Below, one piece after another: positions 1 to 8,019 of a DNA stretch of 64,000 nt. A program made the translations under genes and the position numbers. The notes beneath the pieces were generated by a model. That model saw only the letters and a program-made list of their open reading frames with translations, did no database searches and had not been told where the DNA came from. Position 1 is the first letter of the stretch. Each line of letters opens with the position of its first letter. Source of the stretch: Promethearchaeati archaeon (GTDB lineage Archaea > Asgardarchaeota > Njordarchaeia > Njordarchaeales > Njordarchaeaceae); the NCBI GenBank assembly GCA_026993975.1, contig JALWRR010000076.1, forward strand, positions 2,016-66,015, read 5' to 3'.

Positions 1-279
1 CCAGTCTACCTCATTGAGTGGGTCATACAGTGCGGTAACACTGTTCCTGAAAGCCTGCCACATTTGGCTGACAAAGTCAGGAGAGTTCATGATGCTATCA
101 GCAAAGGTATAGCCGATAGTTTGTTCATGTTTCTCCCACCAAGACATAAAACCTGGATAATGAGACTCAAAAAAGTCCCAGAGGTCAGTCCAGGCCTGAT
201 CAATTGTATTGTCAGAAATAAAGTCCTCAAGAGCACGAATGCTCTCGGCAGCATTGGAGAAGTCAGTAAAAGCTAACAT
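1..279 (-). CDS. Hypothetical early protein, 5' part only. Start codon at 279-277; the ORF runs off the left edge of the window.
   Basis: Minus-strand ATG preceded by AAGGAG and by early repeat copy 1. Open frame for 93 codons to the window edge. The plus-strand ORF 64..276 is antisense to it and probably spurious. Confidence 0.45.
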   Translation of the reverse strand, partial: MLAFTDFSNAAESIRALEDFISDNTIDQAWTDLWDFFESHYPGFMSWWEKHEQTIGYTFADSIMNSPDFVSQMWQAFRNSVTALYDPLNEVDW

Positions 280-295
280 TGTAGCTCCTTATGTT

Positions 296-343
296 GGGAT
301 TTAGGGCCGAAGCCCATCAAAGCCCTCCTTAGAGGGCTTCAAT
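296..343 (-). repeat. Early-operon intercistronic element, copy 1. In gene sense: stem-loop AAGCCCTC/GAGGGCTT, then stem-loop GGGC-NNNN-GCCC, then CCCTAAA(A)TCCCA motif, then RBS.
   Basis: About 48 bp, near-identical at 296-343, 598-646, 1279-1327 and 1578-1625. Loop bases vary while the stems are conserved. Confidence 0.8.
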
Positions 344-352
344 GGACTTCAG

Positions 353-580
353 TTATTCTTCATAACTGAAGTCGTTCGGCCACCCGAACCAGGTGACCAG
401 AGCGAATACCTCATCGAGGTATTGCTCATAATGCTCATGGGGCATTGTCATTTTACCTCCAGGGTAGTATACCCCATTTTCGTCAATACGAAATGGAACT
501 GCCTCGTATATGAATACGACATTCTCCAAGGTTACTCCAGCCTTAGTATAGGCAGATTTAACTGTGTCATAGTTGAGCAT
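353..580 (-). CDS. Hypothetical small early protein (75 aa).
   Basis: ORF with GAAAGGAG RBS directly downstream of repeat copy 2. Confidence 0.6.
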   Translation of the reverse strand: MLNYDTVKSAYTKAGVTLENVVFIYEAVPFRIDENGVYYPGGKMTMPHEHYEQYLDEVFALVTWFGWPNDFSYEE

Positions 581-597
581 GATAGCTCCTTTCTAAT

Positions 598-646
598 GGG
601 ATTTTAGGGCCGAAGCCCATCAAAGCCCTCCTCGGAGGGCTTCAAT
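598..646 (-). repeat. Early-operon intercistronic element, copy 2.
   Basis: Same paired stem-loop plus CCCTAAAATCCCATTAGAAAGGAG leader. Here the second loop is TTCG (gene sense). Confidence 0.8.
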
Positions 647-650
647 GGAT

Positions 651-860
651 TCAGTCTAGCCTAACTGGAATAGTCCAGTTAGGTAGAATCCAGTAGTCTC
701 CAACTTTTTCCTTAAAGTCAAAGATTGAAATCTCCGGATACTGTTCACCATCAGGGGTCATTACCCTAACGGTGATCTTAGAGCGGTCTATGTGTACTAT
801 TCTAGCATAGAACTCTATTGAGTTCTTACTGAGTATTAGGTCTCCAATCTGTGGTTTCAT
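651..860 (-). CDS. Hypothetical small early protein (69 aa).
   Basis: ORF; start/stop overlaps with its neighbours. Confidence 0.55.
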   Translation of the reverse strand: MKPQIGDLILSKNSIEFYARIVHIDRSKITVRVMTPDGEQYPEISIFDFKEKVGDYWILPNWTIPVRLD

Positions 861-1039
861 ATGCCTACCTCCTTTATTTCATTATTCAGTTGTTCTCTAA
901 GCTCCTTCGGTATTTCAAGATTAAACTCTTGAATACAATAAAGCCTACCTAGCCAAATATAGTAGGTCTCAAGGATGTACTTGTCATCCTCGTTATCAAT
1001 CATGTCATTGAGGTAGTTTATATACTCTACAATTGTCAT
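857..1039 (-). CDS. Hypothetical small early protein (60 aa).
   Basis: ORF in a run of overlapping small genes. Confidence 0.5.
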   Translation of the reverse strand: MTIVEYINYLNDMIDNEDDKYILETYYIWLGRLYCIQEFNLEIPKELREQLNNEIKEVGI

Positions 1040-1260
1040 TCTAATCCTCCTTTCAGGATTTTGCGGGCCTTTCTCAAGACCCGCTCCATCTTCTTTTGCC
1101 GCTTTTCCTGTTCCTTCCAGTAATCAGCTGGATTGGTATTTAGTAGCTTATATACTGTCGGGAGAGAGCAGTCTAATACTTTGGCAATATCTTTTACAGA
1201 CATGCCTTTGTTAGCCCATGTATGGGCGTTAAGTAGATCTGTGTAGTCCATCTTTTTCAT
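1036..1260 (-). CDS. Small HTH DNA-binding protein (74 aa), basic C-terminus.
   Basis: The segment MSVKDIAKVLDCSLPTVYKLL resembles a helix-turn-helix. The gene follows repeat copy 3 and has an RBS. Confidence 0.55.
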   Translation of the reverse strand: MKKMDYTDLLNAHTWANKGMSVKDIAKVLDCSLPTVYKLLNTNPADYWKEQEKRQKKMERVLRKARKILKGGLE

Positions 1261-1278
1261 GACAGACTCCTTTCTAAT

Positions 1279-1327
1279 GGGATTTTAGGGCCTAAGCCCA
1301 TCAAAGCCCTCCAAGGAGGGCTTCAAT
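1279..1327 (-). repeat. Early-operon intercistronic element, copy 3.
   Basis: Same element; the second stem-loop is GGGC-TTAG-GCCC (gene sense). The loop is changed but the stem is kept. Confidence 0.8.
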
Positions 1328-1330
1328 TGG

Positions 1331-1561
1331 CTAGGTATAGAGGTATACTGTATACCCAGATATTCCAATTGTAAATCTTGCCATATCATCATGGCAAGGT
1401 CCTGGAACACTTGTAACATTCCCAATTTGATAGAGCCTTGCAACTCTATCTATCGCTGCCCAAGCTTCATCCCTTTTGGATTTAAAAGGGTAGCGGAGCT
1501 TGCTGTAAGCCTCGTACAGCTGCTCCAGATGGTGCTCATTTATTTGGACATACTTAATCAT
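1331..1561 (-). CDS. Hypothetical small early protein (76 aa).
   Basis: ORF plus AAGGAG RBS downstream of repeat copy 4. Confidence 0.6.
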   Translation of the reverse strand: MIKYVQINEHHLEQLYEAYSKLRYPFKSKRDEAWAAIDRVARLYQIGNVTSVPGPCHDDMARFTIGISGYTVYLYT

Positions 1562-1577
1562 TGTAGCTCCTTATGTT

Positions 1578-1625
1578 GGGATTTAGGGCCTAAGCCCATC
1601 AAAACCCTCCTCAGAGGGCTTCAAT
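1578..1625 (-). repeat. Early-operon intercistronic element, copy 4.
   Basis: Same element. Copies 1 and 4 share the ...CCCAACATAAGGAGCTACAATG leader; copies 2 and 3 share ...CCCATTAGAAAGGAG... Confidence 0.8.
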
Positions 1626-1906
1626 TAACTTAGTTTATGTCCCTTGATGTATGTAGGGACCTGGGCATTACCCCAGTCAATAGACACTATGTTCTTCAGG
1701 TGCTCAATTGAGCACTCGAACTCGTAATTAGATAGGCCTCCCCAGCCAGGAGTGGCATACCTAGATACTTCTCGATACTTTATTCCAGCTGCGGCCAGCG
1801 CAGCTGCAGCTCTCTCAGAGATCTTTCCTACGCCCTTGATCATACATTTTTCCATCATGAACCTCCTGTTCTTATTGATGGTGGTCTTTCGACTGTCCAT
1901 AGACAC
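1625..1906 (-). CDS. Hypothetical early protein (93 aa; internal Met start possible).
   Basis: ORF; contains an Ala/Gly-rich segment GVGKISERAAAALAAAGIKY. Confidence 0.5.
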   Translation of the reverse strand: MSMDSRKTTINKNRRFMMEKCMIKGVGKISERAAAALAAAGIKYREVSRYATPGWGGLSNYEFECSIEHLKNIVSIDWGNAQVPTYIKGHKLS

Positions 1907-2023
1907 AGCGGTTGATTGAGCATAAAGCTCAATGAAATATCTAAAGTGGGTATTTCATTCAACTTTATTATTATATCTAATTAAAGATTAAAGTTTAATT
2001 AGTGGGTCATAAGACCCACAACT

Positions 2024-2230
2024 CTAACCTTGGTTGAAGTCACTGCAAATGACCCCAGCCTCGAGATTATCGATGATAATCTCTTTGACTTTGGGTTGCC
2101 AGTTACGAGTGTCCTCAGCCAGTTCATTGGCTAAATGCAGAGCATGCTCTGCATTATAGGCCGCGACAATCATCTCTCGATAATCATCCCAACCTATTCT
2201 AGCCTTGTTTATGACTTTAAACAGTTTCAT
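2024..2230 (-). CDS. Hypothetical small early protein (68 aa). It is the second gene of the leftward operon.
   Basis: ORF with GGAGGAAGCT RBS, adjacent to the divergent control region. Confidence 0.55.
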   Translation of the reverse strand: MKLFKVINKARIGWDDYREMIVAAYNAEHALHLANELAEDTRNWQPKVKEIIIDNLEAGVICSDFNQG

Positions 2231-2395
2231 AGCTTCCTCCTTTATTAAATTACCATAAGGCTCTAGTTATGACCTAGATACATATCGTTATATAGCCAGC
2301 TAACATGTGCTACCTGAGTAGGCATTATTAACTAGCTATAAACTAGGTAGTTATGAGCTACCAACTAAGACTCCTTAGAGTCCTAGCTGCTGGCC

Positions 2396-2418
2396 ATGTA
2401 AAGGCATTGCCTTTACAT
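2396..2418. promoter_or_regulatory. Perfect 23-bp palindrome ATGTAAAGGCA-T-TGCCTTTACAT in the divergent control region. Candidate operator or origin element.
   Basis: 11-bp arms are exact reverse complements. It lies among several other hairpins between 2231 and 2460. Confidence 0.4.
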
Positions 2419-2509
2419 AACTAGTGTTAATAGTCCTACTGTGAATAGCAGGACTACGATCAAGGACACTGATCCGAACAGATCGATATCCATGGGACGA
2501 TTCTCAAGA

Positions 2510-2662
2510 TCACTTTTCCTCATTGTCCTTTTCTCCTTTCTTAGATTTAGTATTAATACATACCCAGTCTGCCAGGTCCATCATATGTTTATAGAAAGCT
2601 GCATCAGCAGCAGTCACAGGTTGGAATCTTTCTATGAGATCTTTCAGCTCGCTGTTTGTCAT
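2510..2662 (-). CDS. Hypothetical 50-aa protein (MTNSELKDLIERFQ...). It falls below the ORF-track cutoff.
   Basis: Minus-strand ATG at 2662-2660 preceded by AAGGAG. The overlapping plus-strand ORF 2441..2689 looks like low-complexity antisense. Confidence 0.4.
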   Translation of the reverse strand: MTNSELKDLIERFQPVTAADAAFYKHMMDLADWVCINTKSKKGEKDNEEK

Positions 2663-2709
2663 AACATACTCCTTGAAGTTGATTTATAGAGGCGGGCGGC
2701 ATACTTTAT

Positions 2710-2738
2710 TTGCACGTGTGCACGCACGCATCTATATT
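2710..2738 (+). promoter_or_regulatory. Sigma70-type promoter: TTGCAC, 17-nt spacer, TATATT. It heads the rightward structural operon.
   Basis: Near-consensus -35 and -10 hexamers with 17-nt spacing, about 80 nt upstream of the 2819 start. Confidence 0.55.
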
Positions 2739-2818
2739 GCCCCATTTCACACCCGGAAAATTTTTCAAATCCAGACTTAGGGGCTACCCCTATATTCTCC
2801 CACTGTTATATCAAGGGC

Positions 2819-4591
2819 ATGTACTCATATAAAGCAAAGCAGAACAGTGCGAAAGTAATAGGTCTTACCGGAAATGTCGAAGCTCTAACATTGAATAGCT
2901 ATGACTTGATCATAGACGATGGCAATACCTCTGGTACATTAGACTTTGGGCTGTCCAATATTGTACTAGACGACCCTTATGGGCTTTATATTCAAAATCT
3001 CATTTTATACAATAGCTCAAATATTACCTTGCGTACTACTCAGGCCGGTTACTTTACTTTTAGGGCAGAAGACTCTAGCGACTGTACAATAACAAATGGC
3101 GGTTACATTTTCAGAAGCACTAACATTACACTTACTGGATTAAATGAAGTGTATGACTCTGATACTGCGACTGTAACAGGGTATAGCTCTTACCTACATA
3201 ACTTACAGAATGTAACTATTAATGCCACATACTCATCAGTTAATGAAGCACGCAGTAGCACAAGTATAAATCTAAATCGCTCGCATGTAGAATTTATTGA
3301 TACAACAACTGTAGAAGCCAATTATGGTGACCTTGGTAGAGTATCAGGTGATGGCACTTTAAAAGTTTCAAATGGAGATCTTCTTGGTGATATAGTCTTG
3401 AGCAATTCAGACGTAGAATTTTCTTTAGTACAAAACACTGGGGCTCTAATAGCCACAGCCAACTTTAGTAACTCAACTGTAAAGGTTCTTAGACAGCTAT
3501 ACACACTTAGTAACTCAACACTAGAAACTGTAGAAGACTTTAATGTTACTATAAATATCACTAATTCCAATGTAGATATAATACATCGTTTTGATGAAGG
3601 TAGTAATATTGATATAACTGACTCTTGTATATACGGCAGTACTCTTGCACAAAAAGACTTTATAGTAGAAAATTCTACTTTAGATTTTCAACTTGGTAGC
3701 ATAGACTATAATACGCAAGAATGGGAACAAGATTTTAAAGCCGGTGCAATAACAAAGAATCTAACTATTAGAAATTCTACTATTACCACTGCGCATAGAG
3801 ATGGTCATACTCAAGAGGCAAGAAACATAGTTTTACCCTCAGACTTCATAATAGAAGATGTAGTAAGAGATGAGGTATTTCATGCTGGACAGTACTGGGG
3901 AGTTCCAAAAGGATTTATAGATAAAACTACTAGAGTTAGTAGAGTACTGCCATTTTTATCTAGCATGACTATAGCAAATTGGCCAGTAGAAAAAATCCCT
4001 GAAGAATTAGCTAATCCCAATTTTCATCATATGTCTATACCAGAAACCCTTCATGTCTATAAAATAACTTATAGAGCCTTTAATGGTTCTCCTGGTGCTT
4101 CTGGAGAATTTTTAGTCTATAGAACAGAAAAAACTTGGTATGAGCATATATGGGTATACGATAAAGCCATTAAAATTTCTCAGTTTCTACTGTTAGGTAG
4201 TGTTGGGTCACAAGGGTATGTATTCCACACTGTAGATGACGTTAACTGTAATGCTTTTTTTGATGAATGTTTCAGTATCACAATACCTATGCCAGATTTT
4301 GTAGACTACAGATCATATAAAATGGAATACATTGGAGAAATTGTACCAGACTTTGAATTTTACTTTACTTATCCTGTACTGGCTGAGTTTGGTAAATCTA
4401 TCGACTTTTATAGACTTACTAGAAGCGGCCGCAAAGGAGACGGAGGGGTTAGTGATGACGCTGTGGAGTTTCTAGATGTAGATCCAAAGAACTTCTGTAT
4501 ACAGGGTAAAACTCCTAGTCAGATATACTATAACTCAGACATATTAGTACCAGTAACTACGGAAGGAATAGACTGTGATAATAACGGGTAA
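2819..4591 (+). CDS. Beta-helix repeat protein (590 aa). Tailspike/depolymerase-like or another virion protein.
   Basis: N-terminal about 300 aa made of short N/S/T-rich repeats (NITL, NVTINAT, NSTL ...), typical of parallel beta-helices. It is the first gene after the promoter. Confidence 0.65.
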   Translation: MYSYKAKQNSAKVIGLTGNVEALTLNSYDLIIDDGNTSGTLDFGLSNIVLDDPYGLYIQNLILYNSSNITLRTTQAGYFTFRAEDSSDCTITNGGYIFRSTNITLTGLNEVYDSDTATVTGYSSYLHNLQNVTINATYSSVNEARSSTSINLNRSHVEFIDTTTVEANYGDLGRVSGDGTLKVSNGDLLGDIVLSNSDVEFSLVQNTGALIATANFSNSTVKVLRQLYTLSNSTLETVEDFNVTINITNSNVDIIHRFDEGSNIDITDSCIYGSTLAQKDFIVENSTLDFQLGSIDYNTQEWEQDFKAGAITKNLTIRNSTITTAHRDGHTQEARNIVLPSDFIIEDVVRDEVFHAGQYWGVPKGFIDKTTRVSRVLPFLSSMTIANWPVEKIPEELANPNFHHMSIPETLHVYKITYRAFNGSPGASGEFLVYRTEKTWYEHIWVYDKAIKISQFLLLGSVGSQGYVFHTVDDVNCNAFFDECFSITIPMPDFVDYRSYKMEYIGEIVPDFEFYFTYPVLAEFGKSIDFYRLTRSGRKGDGGVSDDAVEFLDVDPKNFCIQGKTPSQIYYNSDILVPVTTEGIDCDNNG

Positions 4592-4976
4592 TACAGTACG
4601 GGCATTACAGAGGATAAAGGTAGATCCCACAGCTGCGGAAATGCTAGTAGAGGAAGAGTACAGATCTGAACTATTGGAGCTACTAAAACCTTGCTCTGGA
4701 TCAAGTGAATCTTTTGATTTAGAGACAGAGTTTGCAACCCAGTATAATATGGTTAGGGCTGCCATTCATCGTATGGGTGAAATTCAGTCTGAGGAAGATC
4801 TTAAAATACTCAAGGAAGCTAAAAGCTATCTCCAGTTTATTATGAGACAGGAAGAGAAGCTAGCAGATATAAGGGCAGTCGCTGCTTTTAAGGAAGCAGT
4901 TCTTGATGCACTTGATGAAGCAGACCCAGAAATACAAGACAAGGTAATCCATGCACTCAAACAACGCCTATCTTGA
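4575..4976 (+). CDS. Hypothetical protein (133 aa). Possible small terminase subunit, judged by position only.
   Basis: Immediately upstream of, and overlapping, the large terminase. Helical and acidic. Confidence 0.5.
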   Translation: MIITGNTVRALQRIKVDPTAAEMLVEEEYRSELLELLKPCSGSSESFDLETEFATQYNMVRAAIHRMGEIQSEEDLKILKEAKSYLQFIMRQEEKLADIRAVAAFKEAVLDALDEADPEIQDKVIHALKQRLS

Positions 4977-6561
4977 AAACTTTGTATCAGAGCTGCAGGG
5001 ACGCTATGGTATCCTTGATGCAGGAGCTAAATACTCTGATTGGATCACTAAGAATACCAAACTCAATGGCAGACACTTTTCATTTGAAGATCACGAATTC
5101 CAGATAGATATAGTAAATGACACTGCCGAACACGTTGTCGTGAAAAAATGTTCTCAAGTGGGGCTAACTGAGATTGCTATTCGTAGAGTCTTGGCATTCT
5201 TGGTGAGAAACCAGGGGACTACTACAATCATGACCCAGCCTACTAGACAAATGGCATTGAATTTCTCGACTACGAGGGTCGATGAGATTATCAAAGAAAG
5301 TCCTCTGATTGAAAACCTCGCTGATAGAAACGTAGACTCTAAAGAACTAAAGAAGCTAGGTCGTTCATACTTGTATATTAAGGGTACTAAAGGCGCCGCC
5401 AGTGCTATTTCAGTTCCCGCAGACTTTATTATGACAGATGAGTATGACTTCTCAGACTTAGCGGTAGTTGGTAAATACAACTCACGTCTTTCTCACTCTA
5501 AGTATAAGCTTATATGGAGATTTAGTACTCCTACTATACCAGACTTCGCTGTCTCGAAGGAATTTAATCAAGGCACGCAGTTCCAGAGACTACAAAAATG
5601 CCCTCACTGCAATCATTGGAATAATCATGACTTCTTTAGGGACCTAGTTATTTTAGGATACGAGGGAACTATAGAAGAGCTGACAATGGATGATCTATTA
5701 GAGATTAATCCCAATGATGTTCAGCTCCTTTGTGAGAAATGTCGCAGACCAATGCAGTACCATAACTATACTAAACAAGAATGGGTTGCTACTCACCCTA
5801 ATAGATTTATTCACTCATATCAAGTCAGGCCTTGGCACACTGCTGCACAACGGATGTATGATGTCCTAAGACAACGGGAAGATTATGAGCTGTATTCTGA
5901 CTGGGTTAACTTTGCTTTAGGCGAAGAGTATATCGATGCTAATCAGATCTTTGATCTTGGTAAAGTCAAGCGTGGAAGCTTTCCTATGGGGCCGATACCA
6001 ATGTTCATTGGCATTGACTTTGGTAAGGAATGTTACATTGTTGTGGGTCATAGAGACCAAAGAAAAGTGATAGTTAGGTATGCTAAGAAGGTATCTGAAC
6101 ATAAAGTTAGGGAAACTGTACAGGATCTAATTAATAACTATTTTATTTCTGGAATGATTTTAGATGCACTACCGCAGACTAAACTTTCATCAGACATACG
6201 TGACTTAATGTGGGGTTCAGCATATACAGCATATTATAGTGATAATCAAAAAGAATTGTTTAATATTAAGTCAAATGAGGAAGATATAACCTTAAGTAGG
6301 ACTAAGCTCTTTGATAAAGTCCTTGCAATAGATGAACTTGATGTTACTGTAGATGCTCCAAGAGACTTTGAAGAGCAACTCCAGGGTATGGTAAAGCAGA
6401 GACTGAAAGATGATGTTATAGAATCTGAGAGATACGTAAAGGTACAAGCAGATCACTTCTTACATGCACTTGGATATATGTATGCTGCCATGGAAGTATT
6501 TGAGGCATCAGGAAGCCACATAGTACTACCGACTCTAGAGACAACCAAAATAGTATACTAA
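4951..6561 (+). CDS. Terminase large subunit.
   Basis: Deviant Walker A KKCSQVGLT, Walker B IMTDEYDF, C-terminal nuclease-like region. Size and position fit. Confidence 0.7.
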   Translation: MHSNNAYLENFVSELQGRYGILDAGAKYSDWITKNTKLNGRHFSFEDHEFQIDIVNDTAEHVVVKKCSQVGLTEIAIRRVLAFLVRNQGTTTIMTQPTRQMALNFSTTRVDEIIKESPLIENLADRNVDSKELKKLGRSYLYIKGTKGAASAISVPADFIMTDEYDFSDLAVVGKYNSRLSHSKYKLIWRFSTPTIPDFAVSKEFNQGTQFQRLQKCPHCNHWNNHDFFRDLVILGYEGTIEELTMDDLLEINPNDVQLLCEKCRRPMQYHNYTKQEWVATHPNRFIHSYQVRPWHTAAQRMYDVLRQREDYELYSDWVNFALGEEYIDANQIFDLGKVKRGSFPMGPIPMFIGIDFGKECYIVVGHRDQRKVIVRYAKKVSEHKVRETVQDLINNYFISGMILDALPQTKLSSDIRDLMWGSAYTAYYSDNQKELFNIKSNEEDITLSRTKLFDKVLAIDELDVTVDAPRDFEEQLQGMVKQRLKDDVIESERYVKVQADHFLHALGYMYAAMEVFEASGSHIVLPTLETTKIVY

Positions 6562-6590
6562 CCTAATAGTGATAAACAAGGAGTCAGTTC

Positions 6591-8009
6591 ATGGCGGTAT
6601 CATTATCTAAAATAAAGTCATTCTTTAACACTGCTAAGCCAGGGACCAAGACTAAAACAGTACTGCCTGTAAAAGAGGGAGATAACTATTCTCCTCTGCC
6701 GTTTAACCCTTACTATGATGCTGGGTCTATTAGAGCTAGTGGGGATATACCAACGGTTATTAGCAATGCTCAGAAGTATGATGCTGATTTTAGTCAAGCT
6801 ATTTGGTCGGTTGCTAGATTTGCGTCTACGCCTATTGATATTCTATTTATGAATGACAAAGGTGAATTCGATGCCGATAAGTCTAGACAGTTGCGCACAC
6901 TGTTTGACAATGTTTGGCTAGCGTCAGTAAATAGTCCTGATTTAAATGAGCTAGCAGATAACATTATTATGGAGCTCTTCAAGCAAGGAGGTGTAGGATT
7001 AGAAGTAGTTCTTGACCAGTTTAAGCTACCAACTAACTATGTTCTTATTCCCTCGAATGCTGTTAAGTGGAAGAAGAAAAACTCTGTCTTTGTTCCTTAT
7101 CAAACTGGCCAAGGCAAAGAAATCAGCCTGGATATACCTACGTTCTTCTTTGTCAATACTGATAGAGCTCCAGACCAGGCTGTCGCAGATAGTCCCCTTC
7201 TCGCTGCGATTCAGTCGGTCACATTCAAACAGCAAGTAATCAATGACATTCAAAGAGTCATTAGGAGAGCTGGTTACCCTAGACATAAGGTAACAGTTCT
7301 TGAAGAAATTCTAAGAAAGAATGCGCCTGCTAATGTTCGTGTTGATCCCAATAAGCTTGCTAAATGGCTTAAGGATCAGCTGTCTAACATAGGTCAGGAG
7401 CTATCTAAACTCAACCCTGAGGATGCTATTGTTGTATTTGACTCAGTACAAGTTGAGTACTTATCTACTCAAGGATCTATGACTGTAGACTTTAAACCTA
7501 TAGTAGAGATTCTTGACTCCCAGCTTACTAGTGCACTAAAAGTATTGCCTAGTATTTTGGGTAAGTATACTGGTGGAAGCTCACAGAACATTGCATCTGT
7601 GGAAGCTATGACATTTGTGAAGACCTTAACCTTCTTACAGCATAGATGCGATAAGATTCTAAGTCAAGCATTTACCCTCACTGCCAGATTACTTGGTATG
7701 AGAGGATTTGTAAAAGTTCGTCATCATCCAATAAACTTGAGACCTGAGCTTGAGCTTGAGCCTCAGAAGCTAGCTAAACAAAATAGAATCTTGCAGCTGC
7801 AGTCTTATGGACATATTACAGACTCTGAAGCTGCGCTTGAACTAGGTATCTTGCATCTTCCTGAAGAAGAGTTATCTGGTACTAGATTTTTAGACGGCCA
7901 GCCGTCTACTGATACTGAAAATATATCACCTAATAGAGATCCATTAGGAAGATCGATTACTGGTGGTGATGGTGCGGGCGACACTCGCGGAAACGAATCA
8001 AGTTCATAA
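6591..8009 (+). CDS. Putative portal protein (472 aa).
   Basis: Position between terminase and prohead protease, plus size. No motif-level proof. Confidence 0.5.
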   Translation: MAVSLSKIKSFFNTAKPGTKTKTVLPVKEGDNYSPLPFNPYYDAGSIRASGDIPTVISNAQKYDADFSQAIWSVARFASTPIDILFMNDKGEFDADKSRQLRTLFDNVWLASVNSPDLNELADNIIMELFKQGGVGLEVVLDQFKLPTNYVLIPSNAVKWKKKNSVFVPYQTGQGKEISLDIPTFFFVNTDRAPDQAVADSPLLAAIQSVTFKQQVINDIQRVIRRAGYPRHKVTVLEEILRKNAPANVRVDPNKLAKWLKDQLSNIGQELSKLNPEDAIVVFDSVQVEYLSTQGSMTVDFKPIVEILDSQLTSALKVLPSILGKYTGGSSQNIASVEAMTFVKTLTFLQHRCDKILSQAFTLTARLLGMRGFVKVRHHPINLRPELELEPQKLAKQNRILQLQSYGHITDSEAALELGILHLPEEELSGTRFLDGQPSTDTENISPNRDPLGRSITGGDGAGDTRGNESSS

Positions 8010-8019
8010 AGGAGAAATT

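Noticed and set aside
64-276. Plus-strand ORF of 70 aa in the early region.
   Set aside because: It lies entirely antisense to an RBS-supported minus-strand gene (1-279) that sits behind early repeat copy 1. Its start has no RBS.
2441-2689. Plus-strand ORF of 82 aa.
   Set aside because: Low-complexity antisense translation. The real gene is the minus-strand 50-aa ORF 2510-2662 with an AAGGAG RBS. The ORF start also lies inside a hairpin of the control region.
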